From Bacteroidales bacterium (GTDB taxonomy: Bacteria > Bacteroidota > Bacteroidia > Bacteroidales > VadinHA17): 64,000 nucleotides of DNA. Location of the stretch: contig JBEKDR010000009.1 of NCBI GenBank assembly GCA_050014255.1, positions 4,750 to 68,749 on the forward strand. Reading direction: 5' to 3'. Shown here one piece after another: positions 1 to 8,624 of the stretch. The position numbers were made by a program, and so were the translations under genes. The notes beneath the pieces were generated by a model. That model was given only the letters and a program-made list of their open reading frames with translations. It was not told the origin of the DNA and ran no database searches. Positions within the stretch are counted from its first letter, which is position 1. Each line of letters starts with the position of its first letter.

Positions 1-441
1 GATATGACTTTAGGAGCAAGATATGATAAGGCAGGAAGTTATGTTCATAATTACAATTCTCTTTCATTAGGTTTTGACCTTCCGTTATGGAACCGCAACC
101 AAGGCAACATTAAGATTGCCGAAAATAAAATTGAAGAAAGCAAAACACTTAAAAACCAGAAAGAGCTCGAGGTAAAAAATGATATTAATAAAGCATATGT
201 GCAGCTTCTGGAAACAGATAAGCTTTATAAATTATCATTACAAAAATTTGACAGTAACTACGATAATCTGTTTGATGGAATTACTTCTGCCTATCAGAAC
301 CATACTATTAGTTTGCTCGAATTTATTGATTATTACGAAACGTATAAAAACTCAAAAAGCGAATACTATCAGCTTCAAAATAACCGTCTTGATGCCATGG
401 AAAACTTAAACATGGCCACGGGTACAATTATAATAAAATAA
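1..441 (+). CDS. outer-membrane efflux protein (TolC/CzcC-like), C-terminal part; gene continues upstream of the window
   Basis: Frame open to base 1. TolC-type C-terminal helical repeat. Adaptor and CzcA-type pump genes follow 6 nt later on the same strand. Confidence 0.7.
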   Translation, partial: DMTLGARYDKAGSYVHNYNSLSLGFDLPLWNRNQGNIKIAENKIEESKTLKNQKELEVKNDINKAYVQLLETDKLYKLSLQKFDSNYDNLFDGITSAYQNHTISLLEFIDYYETYKNSKSEYYQLQNNRLDAMENLNMATGTIIIK

Positions 442-447
442 ACTCCA

Positions 448-1569
448 ATGATCCAACGAAAAGTACTATCTGGCCCAGGTTTAATTCTTTCATTCCTGTT
501 GGTGTGTTCATGTCACAATCATGTCTCGAATGATAATAATGCTGCAAAAAAATTTTGCATACCCGATTCACTGTTAAAAAATCTTACCTATGATACGGTA
601 AAAACGGAATCGGTCAATAGCGAGATTACCCTTTCCGGAAAAATTACCCTGAATGAGGATAAGGTTTCAAAAATATTTCCTATGGTCAGCGGTCATGTTA
701 CCGAGGTAAAGGTTTCGCTGGGCGACTATGTGGAAAAGGGCAAAGTGCTTGCAGTGTTACGGAGTACAGATATGGCAAACTACTTTAATGAATTTAAATC
801 TTCTCAGTCAGAACTCGCAATTGCTGAGAAAAATCTAGAAGTGACAGGCAGCATGAGAAGCAGCGGCGTGAGTTCAGAGAAAGACTATATGATCGCTCAA
901 AACGAATATCAGAAGGCCCTCGCACAGTTTAAAAAAATAAAAGAGGTTCTTGCAATTAATGGCAGCTCATATGCTGCAAATGATTCCACAGGTTCAGGAT
1001 ATATGATAAAAGCACCGATAAGCGGATTTGTTGTCGAGAAGAATGTTACTGCAGGAATGGACCTTCGGCCTGATGCCAACGACAATCTTTTCACAATCAG
1101 CGATCTTAAGGAAATCTGGGCAACAGCAAATGTTTATGAATCGGATATTTCAAAAATCAAGGTGGGTTCTGATGCAGAAGTAGTTACTTTAAGCTATCCG
1201 GATAAAAAGTTTATCGGTAAGGTAGAGCGTATTTCCAACATTCTTGACCCGGAAACAAAGCTTATTAATGTAAAAATAGGTCTCAGAAATTCAGAATATG
1301 ATCTGAAACCAGGAATGTTTGCGCATATTGTTATTCGTTTTCCTGACAATAAAAAAATGCTGGCTGTCAAAACCAGCTCCATTATTTTTGACGATAACAA
1401 AAGCTATCTACTGCATTTTCGAAACAGATGCGATATAACTGTAGAACAGGTAACGATACTAAAATCATTTAATGATATAAGTTTTATTGAGAGCGATTCG
1501 TTGCACGAAGGCGACGTTATGGTTGCCCGGAACAGTTTGTTTATCTATACAGCAATAAAAAATTTATAA
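448..1569 (+). CDS. efflux RND periplasmic adaptor subunit (HlyD/CzcB-like)
   Basis: 373 aa with a lipoprotein-type signal (LLVCSC). Adaptor-like layout. Lies between the OMF and RND pump genes. Confidence 0.85.
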   Translation: MIQRKVLSGPGLILSFLLVCSCHNHVSNDNNAAKKFCIPDSLLKNLTYDTVKTESVNSEITLSGKITLNEDKVSKIFPMVSGHVTEVKVSLGDYVEKGKVLAVLRSTDMANYFNEFKSSQSELAIAEKNLEVTGSMRSSGVSSEKDYMIAQNEYQKALAQFKKIKEVLAINGSSYAANDSTGSGYMIKAPISGFVVEKNVTAGMDLRPDANDNLFTISDLKEIWATANVYESDISKIKVGSDAEVVTLSYPDKKFIGKVERISNILDPETKLINVKIGLRNSEYDLKPGMFAHIVIRFPDNKKMLAVKTSSIIFDDNKSYLLHFRNRCDITVEQVTILKSFNDISFIESDSLHEGDVMVARNSLFIYTAIKNL

Positions 1570-1603
1570 AGCTTTCTAACACAAATATCGTAAGCTCCCG
1601 GAT

Positions 1604-4600
1604 ATGAATAATTTAGTAAAGAATATTATTTCCTTTTCGCTTCGGAATAAGCTCTTAATTTTTTTTATGACAGGAATTCTTGCAGTTGCAGGCATTTATT
1701 GTTTTATCAAAACGCCCATCGTTGCTTTTCCTGATTTTACCAACACCCAGATACAGATTATTACGCGTTGGCCCGGCCGCAGTGCACAGGAAGTGGAAAG
1801 GTTTGTGACGATTCCGGTGGAAATTGCCATGAACAGTGTTCAGAGAAAAACCAATCTCCGTTCGCAATCATTATTCGGGCTTTCTGTAGTTACGTTAGTG
1901 TTCGAAGACGATGTGGAAGATATGTATGCCCGTCAACAGATAACTGGTTTGTTACCCTCAATTGATTTTCCTGAAGGTGCTGATTTTGAGCTTACGCCAC
2001 CTACCGGTCCCACCGATGAGATTTTTCGCTATACAATCCATTCAAGGAACAATACTCCTACGGAACTCAGAACTCTTCAGGACTGGGTAATAGACCGTAC
2101 CCTTCGCACGGTACAGGGCGTAGCTGATGTGGTAGCGTTCGGAGGGCCAATTAAAACTTATGATGTGAATGTCAATCCGGAGTTACTATCGCAGTATGAT
2201 ATTACAGCTCTTGATGTATATGATGCAATTAGCAAGAGTAATGTAAATGTAGGTGGTGATGTAATTGAAAAGTCAGCGCAGGCTTTTGTTGTGCGTGGTA
2301 TTGGTCTTATCAATGACATGGACGATATAAGAAACATTGTTATTAAAAATGTGAAAGGCACCTCCCTTCTGGTCAAAAATGTCGCCGATATAAAAGAATC
2401 TAATCAGCCCCGGTTAGGCATGGTAGCACGTGGCCACGAAACAGATGTTGTGGAAGGTATTGTGCTGATGAGAAAAGGTATTGACCCGAGTCCGGTTCTT
2501 AAATCTCTGAAAGAAAAAGTTAAAGAGCTGAACGAAAAGATATTGCCGGCAGGAGTAGAAATTCAAACTGTCTACGACAGGCAAAATCTTATTAATTTTT
2601 GTCTGCATACAGTGTTTCACAACGTTTTACTGGGTATTATTTTGGTTACTGCAGTAGTCCTTGTTTTTATGCGCGACTGGCGGGCAACTCTTATAGTTTC
2701 GCTTATTATTCCTCTGTCGCTATTGTTTGCATTTATTATGCTTTATTTAAAAGGAATGTTCGCCAACCTTATCTCCATCGGAGCTATTGATTTTGGAATT
2801 TTAATTGATGGTGCTGTGGTGATGGTGGAAGGTGTATTTGTTGCTTTGGGATATTATGCAGCTGAAATTGGAATGGAAAAATTCAATAAGATTGCCAAGC
2901 TGGGTCTAATAAGACGTACCGGTGTGGACATGGGCAAAGCCATATTGTTCTCAAAATTAATCATCATAACCGCACTAATCCCAATTTTTTCTTTTGAAAA
3001 AGTGGAAGGAAAATTATTTTCTCCGCTTGCTTACACACTTGGATTTGCTCTGCTGGGAGCATTATTATTTACACTCACTTTCGTCCCTGCACTTACCAGC
3101 CGTTTGCTTCACAAGAATGTCGTTGAAAAGCATAATCCGCTGGTTTCCGGGATGATGAAATATTATGAAAGACTTTTTAACTGGGTGATGGGGCATAAAA
3201 AACTCAGTTTCAGTATTGCAATTTTAGTCGTCGGCATTACCTTTTTTTCTGCCAGATTCCTGGGTACGGAATTTATTCCGCACCTGAATGAAGGCGCCCT
3301 TTGGGTGGAAGGCAGTGCACCGATGAGTATTTCTTTGCCACAAGCTAAAATGCTTGCAGACAGCATGCGATACGATCTATTGAGATTTCCTGAAGTACAT
3401 GAAGTTGTGTCACAGATCGGACGGCCAGATGACGGTACTGATCCCAAGGGATTTTATGATATTGAATGTCTGGTAGATCTTTATCCTAAAGAAAAATGGA
3501 AATCGCACCTTACCAAAGATGAACTTATTGATAAAATGCAGCAAAGGTTAGACTCAAAATATGTCGGAGCGGTCTGGAGTTTTTCGCAGCCAATAATTGA
3601 TAATGTAAATGAGGCAGTCGCAGGAATTAATGTGAACCAGGCCGTAAAAGTATTTGGCGAAAACCTGGACACTATATCAAAATTAGCCAGGCAGGTCAGT
3701 GAAAAGATTAATCCCATCCGGGGGATGGAAGACGTGGGCGTTCTTAAAAATTTAGGTCAGCCGGAGCTTCAGATTAAACTCGACAGAGAGAAGATGGCAG
3801 CATATGGCATTTCTGCTGCTGAAGCAAATGCGGTAATAGAGCTGGCAATAGGAGGGAAAGCAGCATCTCAGTTATATGAAGGTGAAAAGAAATTTGATAT
3901 TCGTGTCCGTTATCAATATCCTTTCAGAAAATCAGAATCTGAAATCGGAGATTTAATGATTCCTGCCGCATCAGGTGGAAAAATTCCACTCAAGGAAATT
4001 GCAGATATCCGGCTGGGCAGCGGACCCTCATTCATATATCGGGACAATAACAAACGCTTTACGGCTGTGGCATTTGCAGTGCGCGGGAGAGACCTTGGAA
4101 GCACCGTAGCAGAAGGTCAAAAAAAATTATCAGCTGATATTAAACTGCCAAAAGGATACACTATTCAGTGGAGCGGCGATTATGAAAGTGAAATCAGGGC
4201 AATGACCAGATTATCTATTGTAGTCCCGATAAGCCTTATAATCATATTTGTTATTTTACTGGTCCTTTTCCGCAAAATTAAAGACGTATTACTCGTACTT
4301 ATGAATGTTCCTTTTGCACTGGTCGGAGGAATTTTGGCGCTGCTCATCAGCGGTACAAACTTTAATATTGCTGCAGGAATCGGTTTTATTGCGTTGTTCG
4401 GAATATGTATTCAGAACGGTGTGATTATTATTTCGGTATTCAAACAGAACCTTGCAAAAAGGATGTCACTTAATACTGCTTTGAAGAGTGGTGTTATGAG
4501 CCGTGTACGCCCCGTTGTAATGACAGCTCTTATGGCTATTTTCGGACTTCTGCCCGCAGCAATTTCCACAGGCATTGGATCTGAAACTCAAAAACCGCTA

Positions 4601-4702
4601 GCCATCGTTATTGTTGGCGGACTAATAAGTGCAACACTGCTTACATTATTGATTTTCCCTGTTATAGTTCACAGGATGTACAGAGAAAAAATTGTGATTT
4701 AG
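1604..4702 (+). CDS. heavy-metal efflux RND pump, CusA/CzcA family
   Basis: 1032 aa with a 12-TM / two large periplasmic loop layout. N-terminus and length are typical of CzcA/CusA-type pumps. Confidence 0.9.
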   Translation: MNNLVKNIISFSLRNKLLIFFMTGILAVAGIYCFIKTPIVAFPDFTNTQIQIITRWPGRSAQEVERFVTIPVEIAMNSVQRKTNLRSQSLFGLSVVTLVFEDDVEDMYARQQITGLLPSIDFPEGADFELTPPTGPTDEIFRYTIHSRNNTPTELRTLQDWVIDRTLRTVQGVADVVAFGGPIKTYDVNVNPELLSQYDITALDVYDAISKSNVNVGGDVIEKSAQAFVVRGIGLINDMDDIRNIVIKNVKGTSLLVKNVADIKESNQPRLGMVARGHETDVVEGIVLMRKGIDPSPVLKSLKEKVKELNEKILPAGVEIQTVYDRQNLINFCLHTVFHNVLLGIILVTAVVLVFMRDWRATLIVSLIIPLSLLFAFIMLYLKGMFANLISIGAIDFGILIDGAVVMVEGVFVALGYYAAEIGMEKFNKIAKLGLIRRTGVDMGKAILFSKLIIITALIPIFSFEKVEGKLFSPLAYTLGFALLGALLFTLTFVPALTSRLLHKNVVEKHNPLVSGMMKYYERLFNWVMGHKKLSFSIAILVVGITFFSARFLGTEFIPHLNEGALWVEGSAPMSISLPQAKMLADSMRYDLLRFPEVHEVVSQIGRPDDGTDPKGFYDIECLVDLYPKEKWKSHLTKDELIDKMQQRLDSKYVGAVWSFSQPIIDNVNEAVAGINVNQAVKVFGENLDTISKLARQVSEKINPIRGMEDVGVLKNLGQPELQIKLDREKMAAYGISAAEANAVIELAIGGKAASQLYEGEKKFDIRVRYQYPFRKSESEIGDLMIPAASGGKIPLKEIADIRLGSGPSFIYRDNNKRFTAVAFAVRGRDLGSTVAEGQKKLSADIKLPKGYTIQWSGDYESEIRAMTRLSIVVPISLIIIFVILLVLFRKIKDVLLVLMNVPFALVGGILALLISGTNFNIAAGIGFIALFGICIQNGVIIISVFKQNLAKRMSLNTALKSGVMSRVRPVVMTALMAIFGLLPAAISTGIGSETQKPLAIVIVGGLISATLLTLLIFPVIVHRMYREKIVI

Positions 4703-6018
4703 ATTATAACATGGAAACGTACTGAAAACACATTTACAGGTCCTCTGTCTCTGTTATAACCGGGGTATAAAATAAACTGGTAAGTACCTGATATAAATAA
4801 ATATTTTGTTACTTCCATTGAATAGTATATTTCGGTAAGCTGTTCTAACCCATAATTAAGATTACCATCACCTAATTCGAAGCCTAAGCCACCGGCTTTC
4901 AGATAGTTACGATGTGGAACGGAAAGACCGGAAACCACATACGCTAAACCTATATTGTCATTTTGCCTGTTCCATCTGTTGCCATATAATGAACCCCCAA
5001 AACTTAACGAACGGTCAATTTCAGTAAATATCCAGGTTTCATTGTTGCCATCATTCCAGCCTGCACGCAGAAACACACCTAATTCCTTATTGATTTCTTG
5101 TTCGCAGTTAAAACCAAAACCATATTTGGTATGCCCATTTTTTTCTGTAGTATTAAGGTTCGGTGCTGAGGGATTAAGTTCTATGCTTTGATCATAATTT
5201 CCCATGTTGGCTATTGTGAAAAACGACAACAAACGAAATGCTCCCTTTTTCCCATTTATGGAATAGTTGTACGTATATTCCAGAGTATGAGAACCCGCTT
5301 CATTTATATTCCAATTCATTACCATACCATTTGCTTCCGTGGGAACTAATGAAAATCCGTATCGTAATTCATGTTTGGGTGTTACATACTCTAAGACCAG
5401 ACTCGGAGAATAACCTTTGGTATTTGCAGGATAATCCCAGGCGCCGTTGCTCATCAGAGCCCAACTCAGAAATTGAGTACGAGGGTCGTGACTATATCTA
5501 TTGATATCGAAAAAATCTGAAACGCTTATTTTTCCAAGTGTAAAAGAAAAATATTCAGTTGGAGCATTTCCTCCAAGTTTGTTAATATCACTTTCCTGGT
5601 ATAAAGTTTCTTTATTTAAGATAATGACTTGTTTAAAGTATAACCTTCCTAATTCAAAAGCCGGTGCAGGATCTCCAATCCTGTAAGTTTCGCCATTTGT
5701 CGAAGCGCCAACCCCTAATGAAGAACTAAGTCCGGAGCCACCGCCAATTTCAGGATTTATATAAATACCAGCACCCTGCCATAGCTTAGAAGCAAAAAAA
5801 AGAGTGGTTGTAATTGAACGTCTGGTTTCCGCCTGTGGAACTAAACTATTCTGACCAGTATATTTTGCATTAAATGCAGGTTTAAACTGGGTAACTACAG
5901 TTGTCTGGGTATGAATTGAGAACCTGTCAAATTTTGATGTGTCTGGTTGCTGAGCATTTATTTTTAATGCTATAAAAATAAAGAATGAAAATACAATATG
6001 TCTTTTTATATGAATCAA
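4699..6018 (-). CDS. putative outer-membrane porin (OprB/carbohydrate-selective-porin-like beta-barrel)
   Basis: 439 aa with a signal peptide. Alternating beta-strand pattern with aromatic-rich turns and a C-terminal F/I-rich strand. Its stop codon overlaps the convergent czcA-like stop. Confidence 0.5.
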   Translation of the reverse strand: MIHIKRHIVFSFFIFIALKINAQQPDTSKFDRFSIHTQTTVVTQFKPAFNAKYTGQNSLVPQAETRRSITTTLFFASKLWQGAGIYINPEIGGGSGLSSSLGVGASTNGETYRIGDPAPAFELGRLYFKQVIILNKETLYQESDINKLGGNAPTEYFSFTLGKISVSDFFDINRYSHDPRTQFLSWALMSNGAWDYPANTKGYSPSLVLEYVTPKHELRYGFSLVPTEANGMVMNWNINEAGSHTLEYTYNYSINGKKGAFRLLSFFTIANMGNYDQSIELNPSAPNLNTTEKNGHTKYGFGFNCEQEINKELGVFLRAGWNDGNNETWIFTEIDRSLSFGGSLYGNRWNRQNDNIGLAYVVSGLSVPHRNYLKAGGLGFELGDGNLNYGLEQLTEIYYSMEVTKYLFISGTYQFILYPGYNRDRGPVNVFSVRFHVII

Positions 6019-6072
6019 TTTTTTATACTGGCTTATAATTTACTATCTCATTAAACTGAAATATTCCCAAAA

Positions 6073-6112
6073 CCTCACACCTCACACCTCACGCCTCACG
6101 CCTCACGCCTCA
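6073..6112. repeat. heptamer tandem repeat (CCTCACA)x2 (CCTCACG)x3
   Basis: Read directly. Ends 11 nt from the stop codon of the minus-strand gene at 6123. Confidence 0.9.
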
Positions 6113-6122
6113 TATCGACATC

Positions 6123-7382
6123 TTATTTCATTCCAAAAAGCACAGGAAATCCGAATACCACGATTATAGTCCAAATGATATAGACTGGCAAGTATTTTGA
6201 AATGGTCAACTCCACTTTTTCAAGTCCGGTTTTTTGGAAATTTATCCTGAAAAGATCAATCATTATCAGAATCAGGTTGATAAAAATCAAAATGTTAGAA
6301 CCCAGAATCGCCAGTCTGTTGGGTGTTAATCCGTACTCACCAAGCCTGTAAAAAATTGCTGACAGGGCAATCAGGTTTATAATGAGAGTAACAATAGAAA
6401 GGATAAATAAAACCATTTCACTTAACCTCTGTTTCCCGTAAAGGGAAGTTTCAGAGACCGAAAAGACGATGATCGCCATTACACCTATGAGCATAATGTT
6501 AAAAGTCAATAAGAAGTCTCTGTCGTTGTAAGGATCCTTTCCTGAAACTGCAATAGCTATCAGGTAGACTACTAAAGTGATCAGCACAAGAGGACTGAAG
6601 ATATTTGCTATTATCGGAGCGATCTTGTTTGTCAGGGATGCGGAATTTTTCAGGATGAAAGTTGTGACAACAGGGGCAGCGACTAATCCAATAATAATAA
6701 TATAATGACTGTAAAACTTTTCGATATTTAAGCCGATTGCCTTGAATAATCCGATTGTGATTCCCGAGAGTAACGCTCCGGCTATCAGGATAAGAGCTCC
6801 CATAATAGCAAGATCACCGTTATGCTTGATATATTCAATTCGTTTGTTTTTATTCTTTAAGTCAAAGTCAATGAATACCAATCCGTAGGCACACCACATC
6901 AGTAAAGGCATATGAATATATACCAGGTTAATTGAGGAGCTGTTTCTGAGATTTGGAAGCAGATTAATATATATTATCGAAACTACAAAGGTCATAAGAA
7001 TTATTGCGAGGTTCTTTTTTTCAAAGCGTCTGTTAATGGAGAAGGCATAAATTGTAAGACCAAGAAAGACGATAATCCCTGCATCCTTCTCATAAAAAGG
7101 AAATTTATTCAAATTAATATTAAAAATGTCCGGAATTTTTATCAGGAATCCTGCAAAAAGACAAACGGCAATCATGATGAAAATGTCGGAACCGGAATTC
7201 TGTTTCGTTTTGTCAGGCATTTTGTCAAAATCCAGCCTGCTTTTCCAGAATCTTGCCATTTCGGTATCCTGAATCTCAGGATAGATTTTCACAAAATCAG
7301 CTTCAAAAGCCTTTTTGTCTTCCCGGTAAAGCCTCTCAAGTTTTTCCGGATCACTGATGAATTCTTTAATTTTTTCTGTCAT
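6123..7382 (-). CDS. multi-pass membrane protein (DUF4153-like) with soluble N-terminal segment
   Basis: Long ORF 6123..7454. The likely start is the internal ATG at 7382 (MTEKIKEFISDPEKLERLY..), followed by about 10 hydrophobic segments. The family name is from memory only. Confidence 0.45.
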   Translation of the reverse strand: MTEKIKEFISDPEKLERLYREDKKAFEADFVKIYPEIQDTEMARFWKSRLDFDKMPDKTKQNSGSDIFIMIAVCLFAGFLIKIPDIFNINLNKFPFYEKDAGIIVFLGLTIYAFSINRRFEKKNLAIILMTFVVSIIYINLLPNLRNSSSINLVYIHMPLLMWCAYGLVFIDFDLKNKNKRIEYIKHNGDLAIMGALILIAGALLSGITIGLFKAIGLNIEKFYSHYIIIIGLVAAPVVTTFILKNSASLTNKIAPIIANIFSPLVLITLVVYLIAIAVSGKDPYNDRDFLLTFNIMLIGVMAIIVFSVSETSLYGKQRLSEMVLFILSIVTLIINLIALSAIFYRLGEYGLTPNRLAILGSNILIFINLILIMIDLFRINFQKTGLEKVELTISKYLPVYIIWTIIVVFGFPVLFGMK

Positions 7383-7542
7383 GGAAGGAAGATTTAAAAT
7401 TATTCCTTTGTGAGACTTTGTGTTGTCGAACACGAAGGTTTTACGAAGATACACAAAGTATTTTAGTCAAATATATTAATAAATATTATTAGTTACTATT
7501 GTTTGTTAATGTTTTTTAATATAAATTTGTTAAAAAAACAAA

Positions 7543-8298
7543 ATGAAAACAGAATTACCCATCTTTAAAGTATTTCAGCACAGCGAAGAATATTTCGAAA
7601 AGCTGAGTGATAACACTTTTTCCCGCAAGTATGTTCTTAAGCAAATGCTGTTCATTCTGCTCTTTACTTTTATTTATGGAATTGTAATGGGCAGCTACAA
7701 TGGATTACAGCAAAGCATAGTTACGAGTATTAAAATACCGAGCCTGATCTTTCTTTCTTTGTTAATTTGCTTCCCAGCACTTTACGTCATTCAATATATG
7801 ATTGGTTCCACGCTGACTATATACCAGATGGCCAACATAATACTTTCAGGTTTTTTTGTCTTTTCAACAATCTCATTATCATTTGCTCCGATAGTGATCT
7901 TTTTCATGATCACCAGCGATAATTATTCCTTCATCAAATTGCTGCATGTGGCAATATTCGTTTTTTCAGGTATTTTTGCCGTCAAAACAATTACTGAAGG
8001 GCTCACTTTCTCCTGTGAAAAGAAAAATATCTATCCAAAACTTGGAATGAAAATATTTAAAATATGGGTGGTGATACTTGCTTTTGTAAGCTCGCAATTA
8101 GCCTGGAGTCTAAGGCCATTTGTCGGGAGTCGTGATCTTCCTCAGGAGTTGTTCAGAACAAAACAGAGTAATTTTTATGTTGCTGTAATGCAGTCGGCAG
8201 CAAGTCTGTTCAAAACTGCAGGAGATCAGGTGGTACTAAAGGATAAGCCCCCTGAACATAAATCTGATACTTCAAAGACAAATTATGTCGAACGATGA
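7543..8298 (+). CDS. hypothetical multi-pass membrane protein
   Basis: 251 aa with about 6 hydrophobic segments and a charged C-terminal tail. No family recognised. Confidence 0.5.
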   Translation: MKTELPIFKVFQHSEEYFEKLSDNTFSRKYVLKQMLFILLFTFIYGIVMGSYNGLQQSIVTSIKIPSLIFLSLLICFPALYVIQYMIGSTLTIYQMANIILSGFFVFSTISLSFAPIVIFFMITSDNYSFIKLLHVAIFVFSGIFAVKTITEGLTFSCEKKNIYPKLGMKIFKIWVVILAFVSSQLAWSLRPFVGSRDLPQELFRTKQSNFYVAVMQSAASLFKTAGDQVVLKDKPPEHKSDTSKTNYVER

Positions 8299-8479
8299 TA
8301 AGATAATGACTCTTGAAGAAGTGGCAGAGTACCTCAGGGTAAAGCCTCAGACAATTTATACCTGGGCACAGGAAAAGAAGATCCCTGCTGCAAAACTGGG
8401 TAAGGAATGGCGATTCAAAAAATCAATGATCGACAAATGGTTTAATGACCGGATTGATGAAAAGTTTAAAGAACCTTGA
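8285..8479 (+). CDS. small helix-turn-helix DNA-binding protein (excisionase/MerR-type HTH_17)
   Basis: Motif LEEVAEYLRVKPQTIYTWAQEKKIPAAKLGKEWRFKK. The start is either 8285, overlapping the upstream gene by 14 nt, or the ATG at 8306. Confidence 0.7.
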   Translation: MSNDDKIMTLEEVAEYLRVKPQTIYTWAQEKKIPAAKLGKEWRFKKSMIDKWFNDRIDEKFKEP

Positions 8480-8557
8480 GGTCCACGGCTTTAACTTGTT
8501 CTAATCCATAAGTATCGCTTGTCTTAAGTCGTGTGCTCTTCGAACGCTTGTATTTGC

Positions 8558-8597
8558 GACCGCAGGACCGCAGGACCACAAAACCGCAGAACACAAG
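8558..8597. repeat. 8-nt-period degenerate tandem repeat (GACCGCAG x2, GACCACAA, AACCGCAG, AACACAAG)
   Basis: Read directly. Lies between convergent genes, 28 nt from the receptor-gene stop. Confidence 0.85.
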
Positions 8598-8624
8598 TAA
8601 AGAAGGCCAGAGCGCAAGATATAA

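Noticed and set aside
6073-6112. Tandem repeat arrays (also at 8558, 12086, 12698, 21594 and 23469) as CRISPR arrays.
   Set aside because: The period is only 7-8 nt, there are no unique spacers, and no cas genes are present.
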